Part shown: positions 26,620-38,651 of the stretch, piece after piece
How the letters are laid out: the number at the start of each line of letters is the position of its first letter
How positions within the stretch are numbered: position 1 is the stretch's first letter
From: Macrostomum lignano
Taxonomy: Eukaryota
DNA: 64,000 nucleotides
Assembly (NCBI GenBank): GCA_002269645.1
Contig: NIVC01003177.1
Coordinates: 1 to 64,000, forward strand
Direction: 5' to 3'
Notes under the pieces: model-generated
The model's database searches: none
What the model saw: only the letters and a program-made list of their open reading frames with translations
What the model was told of the DNA's origin: nothing
Translations under genes and position numbers: made by a program

Positions 26620-26718
26620 TCTTCATTATCAATCTATTGTGCTCCCGAATCCTGAGTTCTCTAAGCCTTCGGGATCCTGAGAATTCGAGATCGGGATCGG
26701 GATCCCGTTCGAGCTCTA
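26620..26718 (+). mobile_element. Right terminus of a hAT element, likely the transposase-bearing one
   Basis: gagatcgggatcgggatcccgttcgagctcta closely resembles the right end of the 4203-4596 MITE (gggatcgggatcccgtccgacctcta). Confidence 0.6.
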
Positions 26719-28580
26719 CTGACAAGCAGGTTGATGATGCTGTTGCCTACTGTTTGATGCACGCCAACGATCCACTTAGGCGTCATAGCAAGATTGTCAA
26801 GTAGTTTTCTTCAGTAATTTGAATTTAACTTGACTTTTTTCAGGGTAGCCCTGCATCATTGAAATCCTGGAAATCCCCGGCAATTTTACTCATGGGCTGA
26901 TTTTTATCAGTTGAAATTTTCTATTAGATCATATTAATTTTAGCAATGAGGACATGTAGATAGAAGTAAAAGAAAATACTTAAAGTTCAGAAATTGAAGG
27001 GCGCTTGAAAAATTGCAAGGGTGCCTAAAAATGAAGTGCACCTCAAGAATTCAGGAGTGTGCCTCAAAAATTGAAGGGCACCAGGAAAATTGTAAAAGTT
27101 GAAGGGTGCCTGAAGAATTCGAAGGTGGGCGCCTCAAAAATCGAAGGGATTGAGATATCCTGGAAAATCCTTAGAATGAAAGTCCTTGAATGTCCAGGGA
27201 AACCCAGGGAATTTTTCTCCCGCAATGGCAGGGCTACTATGTTACTTTGAATTTGACTTGCCTTTAGTAAGTGCTTTAGTAATTGAATTAATGTGACTGT
27301 CTTTTCCATCTTACATTACACAACAATCATGTTACACCTCTTTACCATTTTAATACCCCTGAATGTCTTAATCCAAAATAAAGGATTATAAGAAATTACA
27401 TCTGTTATTGAGGACAAGGAGGTCACTTGGTGTTTGACATCCTCTATATAGAACTGTGAAATTGTTTCTGTGTCTTCAGCTTCAGTCTTAGTTTTTTTCG
27501 TAACAAAATTTTATCCCTTGAAAGAGCAGTAAAGTATACGAGTGCATCGCTGTAACTACGACAGAGACTCGCCAGGCGATATCGCGGGGCGATCTGCAGC
27601 GATATCGCACAGGCGGACAATGGCAACACTTTGGCAATAATTGGGCGGTCGCCCGGCAACAATTTTGCGAGTCGCCAGGCGATGTCGACGCGGTCTTTCC
27701 ACAAGGCTTTTGGTTATGTAGGCAATTTTCTCCAAACTTGCAGTTGCACCATTTGATCAAAGAAGAAATTTTCCCATGATGTGATGGTACGTTTGTCTTG
27801 GTTAAGGAATTATTCAATATTTGCTAAGAGTAGGCCTAAGACTAAGAGTAAGATAGTTGAAACAGGTCGATTCTTTAATAGTTCCAGACATTAGCTAATA
27901 ATAATATAGTAATAGACTAAGACTAGTGCCATAATATAAAATTTTTGCAGATTTTTTGACGATTTTTAAAGCAAGTTCAAATAAAACATAGTTTTAAATG
28001 AAACAAGTAAATGAAAAAATGAAAACCTGGTTGCCTGGTCGAGTGACTCAGCTTTAGATATAATAATAAGAATATATTCCTGTGGACTTGTGACACCTTC
28101 CTGAGTTACTGAGTATGGGTAAAGACAAAAAAATCCTATTATTTTTAGCTAGATAGATAGACACAGACAGACCATTTTTAATATATGATTATGGAAGATT
28201 TTGTATATTTAAATTTTGTATGTTTAAGATAAACGGCTATAGCTCCATGTGACGCACAATTTTCATAAATAAATAAACTTGAATAAAAAAATAAAGTCGT
28301 TTTATAGCAAGTATAAAAAATAGAATGAAGTACTTTTTTTAGGCCTATTATTGTCTTTTTGTAACATACGTATGACTAATATCCTTCTAATATTAAACGT
28401 AAGAAGTTATTTTGTTTTTAATACAGTTGTTTTTTAATTCTGTCAACATTTATTATAACGGCGGCAGACTGCTCTGCTCTGTTGCTAACATTTTACTGTG
28501 ACTTAGTCCGCTGTGTTGTTGACCGTTCTTGCATTCATTCCTTTCAATGGTTTCTTTTGGCTTCTTCACAGAGCCCGAAA

Positions 28581-28634
28581 ATTACGCGTAAAAAGAAAAG
28601 ACGTAGAAATCAAAGGGTTAATCAGTACCCTTTT
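28581..28634 (+). CDS. uORF (uCC) exon A: AUU-initiated ITRKKKRRRNQRVNQYPF
   Basis: gaaaATT context, basic N-terminus, perfect phase-0 donor TTT|GTAAGT, and a polypyrimidine acceptor ttcttcacag| at 28571. Confidence 0.7.
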
Positions 28635-29057
28635 GTAAGTTTGATTAAATTTTTGTTTGCTTATGTAGGGCCTATGATATGGTATATGGGCATTCTTTCG
28701 TTTTACGATCACCTAGCACTGTCCCTATGGGAGTCGGGAGTTTCGTTATACGATCCCCCCACACAGGACGAAAAATTGCTCTTGAAATCGAACTTCCAAA
28801 TGGGACCATTTCTAAGTGTGTCATTTTAACATAAAATCTTGTCTTATAGAAGTTAGAAGCCTGTCCTTATATTCACTTTTGTTATGCAATCATTTAAATG
28901 GTGAATTTATATGCAGATGATTGCAAGACGAAACCAAAAGAGCTTGTAGATTTTGACTTACAATCACACTAATAGTAAAATTGTATTGGAGGGATCGTAT
29001 GATAAAATGGTAGGAAATTGTTGCTATAGGCCTAATAGACCCATAGTGCGGAAGGAT

Positions 29058-30133
29058 GGCTACAGGTCAAAAGGGCGACAGATCAAAAGGGCGACAGTTA
29101 AAAGGGCGACAGTCAAAAGGGCGACAGTCAAAAGGGCAACAGTTACAGTGTATTTATATTGAAAATATGAGTTCCACGTACATTAAAAGTATTTGTTAAA
29201 AGCATAATGTGTAATGTCGCTGTTGCATGTTCGGTGTTGCCAATGATGCCGATGGCAGCCATCACACTGCAAGCCTTGCTGACGATGGCGGACCTCATTT
29301 TCACATACTATGCATGAGTTATCCATTTTAAAGAAATCAATATGCAGCCTGCTTCCATCAGCTTTCTACTAGCATAACTACATGTAGCTATATATGCATC
29401 CAACTAAACCAAATGGCTACATGTACACATTCAAGCTCAACACGGCCCTTACCTATCCCCTTATTCCCCCCAAAGAATTTTTTTATTAAGTAGTAGTAGT
29501 AGTAAGTTGGCTCAGGCAAGAAGCCTGTTTGGCCAGTATATTTCTGTGTATTAAAGATATTTTAGCATTAGTTGTTTAATTACACAGTTTTCACAGAATT
29601 TCACAGTCTGTTCACTGTTTAAATTTAAAAATTTCAACTTAAAAAAACAAAGATAATCAGTCCTCTATTTATTGTAACAAGTTGTATGAAAATGAAAATA
29701 TAAGACTATCGCAAAACATTATTTGACAATTGGTAATGCCAAAAAAAATTAAGATTGTAAAAATTGCGTTTGGTTCAATATGGAATTGCGCGCCAAAAAA
29801 AAGTCTCAATTTTCCGTCTTATATGCCAGATGCAAGAATTCCATGCTGGCTTATATGGTATAGTGATTTCAGTGAATGAAATAAATAAACCCCACTGATC
29901 TATGTTTCAATGTACAATGTATGAGCGTACATTAAATATTAGAACCCCATTCTAACATACAAGTACAAATTGTTAGCACAAAAATTGTTATTGCTAAGAT
30001 TCTAAGATTTTCTAAGAAACGAGGTTTCCCATCCTTCCACTTAAGTAGTTCTTGGTCTAATACCCTGTCACCCTTTTGACTGTCGCCCTTTTGACTGTCG
30101 CCCTTTTAACTGTCGCCCTTTTGATCGGTTGCC
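29058..30133. mobile_element. Non-autonomous TIR/foldback-like element with 15-bp subterminal tandem repeats
   Basis: Ends ggctacaggtc / gatcggttgcc. (AAAAGGGCGACAGTC)n occurs in inverted orientation at both ends. TSD ggaaggat (29050-29057, 30134-30141). Confidence 0.85.
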
Positions 30134-31463
30134 GGAAGGATTTCTGTATACAACGGAAGGTAAATTTTCATTTCGGCTTGTTGTACGACAGTACGACAGG
30201 GATTGGAAAATGGTACTAGTGTTGTACGACAGAGTTAGAGTTTAAGGAAGTGCTGTACGCCATAGTCAGAAAGGTGGCAAGTGCACGCGGGAATCAATTT
30301 ATGGAAAAATCCTTGGTGCACGCCAATGTACGCCAATTTTTTAAAACCCTTAACATGACGTTTCTGTTGCACGCCAAAAATCTTGAATACCAAAAATCAT
30401 GTACGCCTCATGTACGTGTGATTTGAATATTAACTGTATTGGATACTATTTTTAAATAAATTTTCTACACGTTAAACAAAGTTTATATAAAAAAAGGAAA
30501 TTCGCTACAAAGAACATAGTGAGTATCAAAAACTTTTTCTTCATATTTCAAGAAACAAATAAACTGAAAGTCTACAAGAGTCACAAAATAAGAGTGTTTA
30601 AAAGTTATTGGATATTTTAATTTTAATATAGGCTGCAGAGTGTAGGCTTGGCTGTAGGCTAGGCTGTAGCCTCAACTAGTTGGTTTAATCAATATTCAAA
30701 TTCAATTGTTCACGTTTAACTTTATATATTGTATATATATAGTGTATATATCTATATCTGACTTGTTGATATACTGTCAGTTTGTAATTGCACGCCAAGG
30801 TTACACACCAAGTAAAAAACTTGTATGCTGAAAATTTAGGCGTGGCTTGAGACCCCTATTTGCACGCCAACTTTGCACGCCAAAATTTTAGCGTGGCTTG
30901 TGCACAAGGGAAAATTCCCGCGTGTAGGCCACCTTCCTGAGTATGGGCTGTACAACAAAAATAGTGGCACTTACATATGTGGGTAGGTGCGGGAAATTCT
31001 TGATATTGCGTTTTTTTAATATGCAAAGTAAAACAACAGATATATTGTACTTTTCTGCTTGCAATGTCAAGTATAGTTTTGCGCCAATAAAATTGAATTT
31101 AAGAGTTTGTACAAATATAATACGGATAATTTAAATTACCCTTTGAGTGGAAAAGTGCAACTATTGAATTTTTACTTCTTTGCTTCAACGCAATACGTTA
31201 ACAACGACGTTATGAGTTAGTTATGAGACTACGAGTATCTGGTACTGGTGTCCGATTGTCCATCAAAGGAATACTAACTATGTCTATACTTCATGTATGA
31301 GTCGTATGACATTGACAAGTGTACGACAGACAGACATGTAACATGTTTACATGTACGACAGTGTACAACATAGCGCCCCCCAAAAATTAGCGATGTACGA
31401 CATGTACGACAGGCGATCCCTGTGTACGACAGAGATTTCTGGCGTATACCCGTCCTCATACAT

Positions 31464-31619
31464 GCGCAACTTTGGGATTCACTCGGCCGTTTCTATTGGC
31501 AACACACGCATGTAAGTCGCTATTGGACAGAACAGTAGTCACGTGACTGCTCTCAGCCAATAGCGACTTACATGCGTGTGTTGCCAATAGAGGCGGCCGG
31601 GTGAATCCCAAGGTTGCGC
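31464..31619. repeat. 156-bp near-perfect palindrome (hairpin MITE-like)
   Basis: 63-bp arms with about 4 mismatches; the centre contains AGTCACGTGACT. Confidence 0.9.
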
Positions 31620-33015
31620 CCAAGCATGCCCGTCCTTCCGGACCATGGTAATAGACATTTCAACTAAACAATCAATTGCAGCCTCTAATATGTCCGCAAA
31701 CCAAAAGCCACCCGGCTCTTTTTACATGGCTCTTTTTGCACGCCTTTTCAATCACCGCCACTGCCCTATGCCCCCCCCCCCTCACTTTTGTCATATGATC
31801 ATCCCTCGGTATAGGCCTAACATTGCCTAACATAGGCCTAACTTTGCCAGGGATATAATATGTAATCCATTCACTTTTGTCATACAATCCCTCTCATACA
31901 ATTCTACCAATGTGGTGATCGTAATTTGAAACCTACAAGCTCTTTCGGATTTGGTTTTATCTTGCAATCATCTGCATATAACTTTACCATTTAAATGGTT
32001 GTATGACGAAAGTGAAAATAAGCTACGTGCTTTCATAACTAATACTACGCCCACAATCCTCAAGTTGACTGAAAAGTGAGTTGCAGTAATGAATTAGGTT
32101 GACTGGAAAGTGAGTTGCAATGATTTTGTTCGTAGAAAATAAATGTGAAATGTACTTTTTGATAAACTAGAGTGTCTTTTCGACTCTTTTTTAATGGGGA
32201 TTGTAAGAAGAAACTTGACCTGCTCAGGGATCGTAAAACAAAAGAATGCTGGTATATAGTGGGTGTAGGCCCTATCTGTATATAAAACTAGGCCCCAGTC
32301 TAAGACTAAATAATATAACATGTTTGCAGTTTTTGGTGATTTTGTGGCTTTCAGTTTGTGGACATTGTAGAGGCTGAACTTGTGTGTTTAATTGAAACAT
32401 TGATTAGGCCTATACCAACAATTTCCTATCACTTCAAAATGATAGGCTAGGAAAAGCCGCAAAACTGCAAACTAATTCTGGGCACCTCTCCCTCACTTTT
32501 GTCTTATAATCCCCCCTAGTTAAATGGATGTATGTTTTGTAGGGTGATCATAATATGAAAGTGAATTTGGTTTTGTCTTATGATCACAGATCATCTACAA
32601 ATTTCACTAGACACCATTTAAATGATTATATAACAAAGTCAAAAGTGAATATAAGCTACACATTTCTACAAGACACAAGATTTGATATTACTATAAAAAT
32701 ACTTTAAAAAATGGTCCTATTTTGAAATTTGATTTTAAGAGCAATTTTAACTTAACCTTTTCATTTTCTATTGGGGATCATATAATAAAAGTCCGAATTC
32801 TCATAGGATAGTGCTATGTGATTATAAAACAAAAGAATGCCGACATGGTTGTGGGCCATGTCTATGATTATGCTAGGTGCATGCCTGAATAAAAATTGAA
32901 AAGTTACAAATGCATGCCAAAAAATTTAGGTTTACACCTACATTTTCAAATTGGTCAATAGACAAAATGACTATTTTGTGGTGGGTGTATTAACTGTTTT
33001 AGTATTCTTATATGA

Positions 33016-33680
33016 CATCTCTACCTATAAAAATCAAAACTCTGTCTGTCTGTGGACAAATTACTTCGCTATGGACTCCCAAACCGCTCAACCAAATTAC
33101 ACCAAACTTTACACCCACCCTAAACTTACTACGGAGAATGTCTTAGGCTACCTTTTAATTTCCTAGACTCAAGTCTTCCTACCTAAAAGTACAAGAAACT
33201 GCTCAAAATGCGCGATTTTTTCACTAAATCCTCCATAGCGCCGCTCCACTTCTACCGATTCTCTTCAAATTTGACACAGATAATCTTTAACTATTTTGGC
33301 ACAATCATGTAAAATTTCGAGTATCAAAGTTAATCCTGAGCGGTGCTGTGCGCTTTTAAAGTTAGGCTGTTTTTTTCAGCGTAGCAACCACCCCAACCTC
33401 CGCCCGCCTGCCTCTCTTACCCGATCTGGGCCCAGATGTGTAAAAGGGTTTCAAAATTGACTAACTTTCAGCTGCCATAAGTTTGCTTCACGTAAAGCGA
33501 TTGACTTCAAACTTGACACAATTCTTCATTGACCTATTCTCTGTCTAAATGTAAAGTTTCAACTCTGTAACTCAACCGAAAAAGAAACTGTAAGCATGTG
33601 AAGTTTGTCTGCTTTTTCTGTTGTTTGTGCCACTCACTCACTCATTCCCCAGAGCCAGACGAAGGGTCAGGCGATAGGAC
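33016..33680 (+). mobile_element. Helitron/Helentron-associated (Lep1/DINE-like) non-autonomous element; boundaries approximate
   Basis: Starts ctacctataaaaatcaaaactctgtctgtctgt..aaaccgctcaaccaaatt..caccaaactt, a 5' pattern typical of such elements. Confidence 0.4.
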
Positions 33681-34168
33681 TGAATGTACATAGCAAATGT
33701 ACAGTGTTTTGGAATAACTTTATTTATAGCCTTCTCTGCACCCCGAGAGTGGAGAGGCTTCGTTTAGCCATAACAGTTTAGTGAGAAATTCTAACCACTG
33801 CCCTCCCCTCTGTATTGGCAAACTCTGCAGCAGTTTAACAGTGGATGGCAATTGGCAAATCGAAAAAAAATCCAGCATGGTTTGTAAAAGCGAAAGATTT
33901 ATGAAAAGGCGATGCCATGCAATGAAATACAACCCTACTAAATTAGGCACACCGCACACCATGGAAATTTTAAGTTTTAAAAGTACTCTAAAATTTAAAT
34001 GGCCTCCTAAGAAATGTGTATTTCCTTGGTTGTTAGACTGATGCAGACTGCAGTGGAGCTGAAGATACACAAATTCCTTTCAGGGCTGCAAATTGGCAAG
34101 AAAGATGACGTGATCAAAGCATGAGAACAACCATGAGAGTAGTACGTCCCACAAACTGGCTTTCGAAG

Positions 34169-35074
34169 CAGGGATCGGCAGACTTTTACTTCAAAAGCCA
34201 GATAAAGAATCCAGCTTATGTGCAGGCCAGATGAGAGTGGAAAGGAGAAGGAATAGACTAATTAGTATTAGAAGAGAGGAGAGGCGAGAGGGGGATAAGA
34301 GAAAACATGGAAGATAAGAGGAGAGACAAGTGGTGAGGAGAGAGCAGAGAAGAAGGGAGGAAGAAGCGAGAGGAGGGGAGAAAGGAGGGAGAGGAAAGAG
34401 TAAATGTAAGAAGAGGGGAGAGATGAGACAGAGGATCGATGAGAGGAAAGTAGAGAAGAGTGAGAAGAGAGTAGAGATGAGAGAGCAGAAAGAAGATGAC
34501 AGAGGGTCAAGAGGAGGAGAGGAGAGGAGAGAGTAGAAAGGATAGAGAAGAGAGGAGATAAGAGGGGGAGAGAGGAGTGAGAAGAGAAGAGATAGAGATA
34601 AGAGAGGGGTGTAAGAAGAGGGGAGAAAGGAGAGATGAGATTGTAGAGATGAGACAGATTAAAGGAGAGATGAGAGAGTAAAGATGAGAGATGAAAAAGG
34701 TGAGAGGAGAGTGCAGAGAGACGAGAGAAGACAAGAGAGGGAGACAGTATAGAAGAGGGAAGAGAAGAGAAGAGGAGAGGAGAAAGGAGAAAGGAAAGAG
34801 AGGAGTCAGAAGAGGTGAAAGAGAAGAGTACAGAGGAGATAAGTGAGAGAACGTATAAGAGAGTAAAGATGACAGATGAGAGAGCAGAGATGAGGGTGAA
34901 CAGACGAGAGATGGGAGAGTAGAGAGAACAGAGGAGAGAGAAGAGAGAAGAGATTACAGAGACTAGAGGAGAGAGGAGAGACAGGGAGGGAGAAGAGGAA
35001 ATAGGAGAATGAAGAGGGGAGAGAGTAGAGAGGAGAAGAGAGATGGGAGAGGAGAGATAAGAGAGAGAGAGAGG

Positions 35075-35171
<97 letters not shown>

Positions 35172-35676
35172 AGGGAGAGAGAGAGAGGGAGGGAGGGAGA
35201 GAGAGGGAGGGGGAACAGAGAGAAATGAGAAGAGATAAGAGAGAAAAGATAAAAGAGGAGAAAGGAAAGATGAGAGAGAAACTAGACGAGAGAGAAAAGA
35301 GGTGAGGGAAGAGAATAGAGAAGAGGGGAGAAGGGAGAGAGGAGAGAGGAAAGAAGAGATGAGAGGAGAGAGAGAGGAAAGAGTAAAGAGGAGAGATGAG
35401 AGAGTAGAGGAGAGAGTTAAGAGAAAAGAGAAAAGAATAGAGAGGAGAAGGGAGAGACGAGAAAAGAGGGGGAGAGAGGAGAGGGGAGAGAAAAGAAGAG
35501 ACAAGAAATGAGATAAGAGAGATGAAAGAGAAGAGAGATAAGGGAAGAGAGGAGAGAGGAGAGAGGAGAGACGAGGGATGAGAGAGAAGAAAGGAAACAG
35601 AAGAGACGATAGAAATTTTAAAGGATCCAAGGGACGTAGGGAGAGTCAGGGAGAGGCCAGAGTTTGCCAATACATG
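34169..35676. mobile_element. hAT-Charlie (MER58-like) MITE ends enclosing about 1.4 kb of GA-rich low-complexity DNA
   Basis: Left cagggatcggcagactttt..aaaagccagata and right ggccagagtttgccaatacatg. Flanks tttcgaag/ttttagag match only partially. Confidence 0.5.
34270..35620. repeat. Polypurine (GA-rich) low-complexity tract with a perfect (GA)n core near 35070-35165
   Basis: Read directly from the sequence. Confidence 0.95.
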
Positions 35677-36270
35677 TTTTAGAGTCAGACAGACATTTTG
35701 CCTGACATTCTGCGCAGTACCCCAGCCAACAGTATCAATTTTTTCCTCAAATTCTAATTTTACACGAATGTGCTCCATTTTATGTCTACCTCAATCCTAC
35801 TAACTATTAACAAGTTTTGTTTTGTGCATGGCCTTAGATTTCAGAATGCATGCAAAAGTAGTTCCGGGGATTGAAATTCCCCGGGTTCAAAATCCGCGGG
35901 TTTCAACAGCTTGTAGTATATATTAAATGATAAGTTAATTCATTTGTGTATAATTTAGTTTCAAAGATTCAAAGCAAACAAAAAATTTTATTGTTTATTT
36001 ATACATTGCATGTAATACAAGATGGACCACATAATGCACCTGATTTAAAACATTAATAATTTTTGTTATTTGTAACCAATGTTGACAAAATTTTAATTCA
36101 ACATTGCCACATGTATAGCATTATATTTGCAAAATTTACACATGCAAGCAAGCACATTGTGTATAAGATCTTTTTGGCTAATTATTTGGTTTATGATTTA
36201 TCTTTTGCCAATGATATTTATAGTAAAAAAAGTTGATACCCATGAAAATTTGTTTAAATGATATATTATA

Positions 36271-36645
36271 AGGGGCCGTAGCCCAGCAGTAGCGTAGCTG
36301 CTCTGGTGTGCCAGCGACCCAGGCTCGATTCCAAGTGCAGTCACATTAATCTGAGGCTGAATTGGAATCTCGGCTTGGCTCTGCTCGTGCAATTAACGGC
36401 CTTGAGAGCCAACCTCCCAAGGCGCAGCAGTGAAGTGTACATGCCTAACGATAATATAAAGTTAGGGCCGCTGTACACTCCTGTGTGAGTATGTGCCTGC
36501 GTACGTATCCGCGCGCTTGTATGCCTGCTCAGGGGAGTTGGCAAAATGGGCAGTAAAGCCTCTCACCAGTTGTGTGCCCATGTCGCTTAAAGTGTGCCAG
36601 GATGCATACAACCCCCCTGCCTCTAATAAAAAAAGATATATTATA
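36271..36645 (+). mobile_element. Full-length tRNA-derived SINE
   Basis: Head ggggccgtagcccagcagtag (A box) and ggctcgattcc (B box), the shared central block, and an A-rich tail aataaaaaaaga. Confidence 0.8.
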
Positions 36646-37599
36646 AGCTTAAAAACCAAAAAGCTTTTGCTTAAAAATGAACTTTTCAATCTTTTTTCCA
36701 CTTAATACTAATTCTTTCACCTGATTCTATGTATTGCACACTTAGGTGTACATGTGCACTTTTTTATTAGGAGTCTTGCTATGTATATCTAAGTCCTAAA
36801 TTTTGTCATGCAGGGCCAATGCATGCCCAAATTTTTGGGTCTATACTATATGATTTGGAGTGTAGGTTGTAGGAAGGTTTCAACCCACAAGGAATTTAAA
36901 GGAATTTTTGGCAAAAGTCAATAATAGCAAAGAATACTTAAAATAAATGTTTTCACTTTCAATTCAGGGAGGGCTCTAAATCCATAAGGTTAGGGACTCA
37001 AACAACCTTTTCATATTATATAGCAATATACACATTGTGATTAGGATAGTGTGGACTATGGAGCCTATAGGCTTAAGTTCAGAAAAATAAAGCTCAGATA
37101 AATAAATAAAGGCAAAAGGAAAAGAAGTAGAAGAAGTCAGGCAGCTTTCAGTACCTAATCACCTTGGGAACCAACTGACAAGCAAAGAAGATCTCAGTAA
37201 GAATTAGATTTTTTATTACTTTAGTTACTTTATTAACATTAGAAGAAGAGATATGAAAGAGAAGAGACAAGCAGGAGGAAAAAAAGTCAAAGGGAGAAAG
37301 AAAAGAAGGAAGTGGTGAGAGGCAAGAGCAGAGATGAGAGGATCGAAGGGCAAACTAAGACTTGATATGTATCATGCATCACCATTAAAGGGCCTGTCAA
37401 CTTAAGCTCATAAAGTGGAGCCCGAGTGACCTTTTTACACAAATGATTCATCATTTGCTCATGGTGACCAGGACACCAGGAAGCTGAAAGTTTGGCAAAA
37501 AAGAGACAAAAATAGGGAAGAACAAGCAAGGGGATTATTTACAAGTCCAATTTTCGTTGCTTTTTGCCAAACTCAGTGTCTTGGTGTTGCTGAGAGCAG

Positions 37600-38276
37600 A
37601 CAACAACAACAAGAAAATACGCTGTCAGGATGGCAAAAGTCAGCGTCACAGGGCACGCTTCATGGCTTGGGTGCGAACAAAGGCCCCGCCACTGGCAGTG
37701 TCCGGGGCGCCGGCGTCAGTCAGCAGACAGTCGACGTAACGCCGAGTTCGCGCTTGACCTCGCCGGTTAGGGTGCCTGCAGCGTGAGCAGCAGCACCTCC
37801 TGCACCGGCTGTGGGCAGTACGACTCGGCGCGGATGAGATGGCCTGCGAGCTGGAGTCGCCGACGGCGCAGTAGATCGCTTGGACGTGGCAGGCCAGCGC
37901 GGCGATAGAGTGCCTCGTTGTTGACTCGCTCGACGCCGTTGTTGAAGGCGGCGCGCAGCAGGCCAGCGTGCGCCGCATCGACTTGCTGTTCGAGTGAGTC
38001 CGTCAGCGTCCAGGTCTCGGCGTTGTAGAGCAGGACGGTCTCGATTACCGCCTGGAACAGCGCCGCCCTCTTCTGCGTGTTGACCACCAGGCCGACGCTC
38101 GCCGCAACGGCAACTAGCCTGTCCAGCTGCCGTTGGGCGCCCTCGACGGTCGAGGACAGCAAGGCGAGGTCGTCGGCGTAGCCAAGCACGCTGAGCCGCT
38201 TCTCCGGTTGACGTCGACCCACGCGTCGCCGCAGCAGAAAGCCGTCGTCGTCGGTAGGAAGAGCAGTCCGCATCAC
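37600..38276 (-). mobile_element. 5'-truncated non-LTR retrotransposon (RTE/L2-like RT C-terminus) with an internal deletion
   Basis: GYADDLALL RT motif; VNTQK is joined directly to RAALFQAVIETVLLYNAETWTL; RLQLAGHLIR; (TTG)n tail near 37600. Confidence 0.85.
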
Positions 38277-38433
38277 TGAGAGCAGAATAAAATATTATTT
38301 GTGTACAGAGGTTACTCGGGCTTAAGTTGACAGACCCTTTTTGTTCTAATGATTGTCCTATAAAATATATTAATCAGATAGGTGATTATGATCAGTTAAT
38401 TCACAAATAAATCTACTATAATTATTTATACAG

Positions 38434-38526
38434 GCGGTCAAAGACCCCGAACCACCCGATCCAAATCGTCTGCTGACTGATCACAACCGAGAACCGCCCT
38501 GGGACCCGGACCCAACAACGGGTTAG
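38434..38526 (+). CDS. uORF (uCC) exon B: AVKDPEPPDPNRLLTDHNREPPWDPDPTTG*
   Basis: Phase 0 after acceptor tttatacag|. GAA CCG CCC TGG GAC CCG at 38491-38508 reads EPPWDP. TAG at 38524-38526. The unspliced upstream frame is closed by TAA at 38419-38421. Confidence 0.8.
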   Translation, partial: AVKDPEPPDPNRLLTDHNREPPWDPDPTTG

Positions 38527-38651
38527 AGCTGGCATCGGCGGCGGCTCTGCAAAAGACAGCGAAATTAAGTAACGCCAATTCAAGTCTGACAGCGGAGAAA
38601 GCACAACTTACTAATTCAGAGAGAGCTTTGAGAGAGCAACAGATTGAAACA

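Noticed and set aside
26846-27240. Possible MITE with tagccctgc/gcagggcta ends
   Set aside because: Short TIR and no matching TSD.
34268-35778. ORFs with SL/ER repeats
   Set aside because: GA microsatellite translations.
38628-38651. TTG start of the ODC-like ORF given in the ORF track
   Set aside because: The in-frame AUG at 38652 has a good context, and the frame does not continue past 38927 because of splicing.
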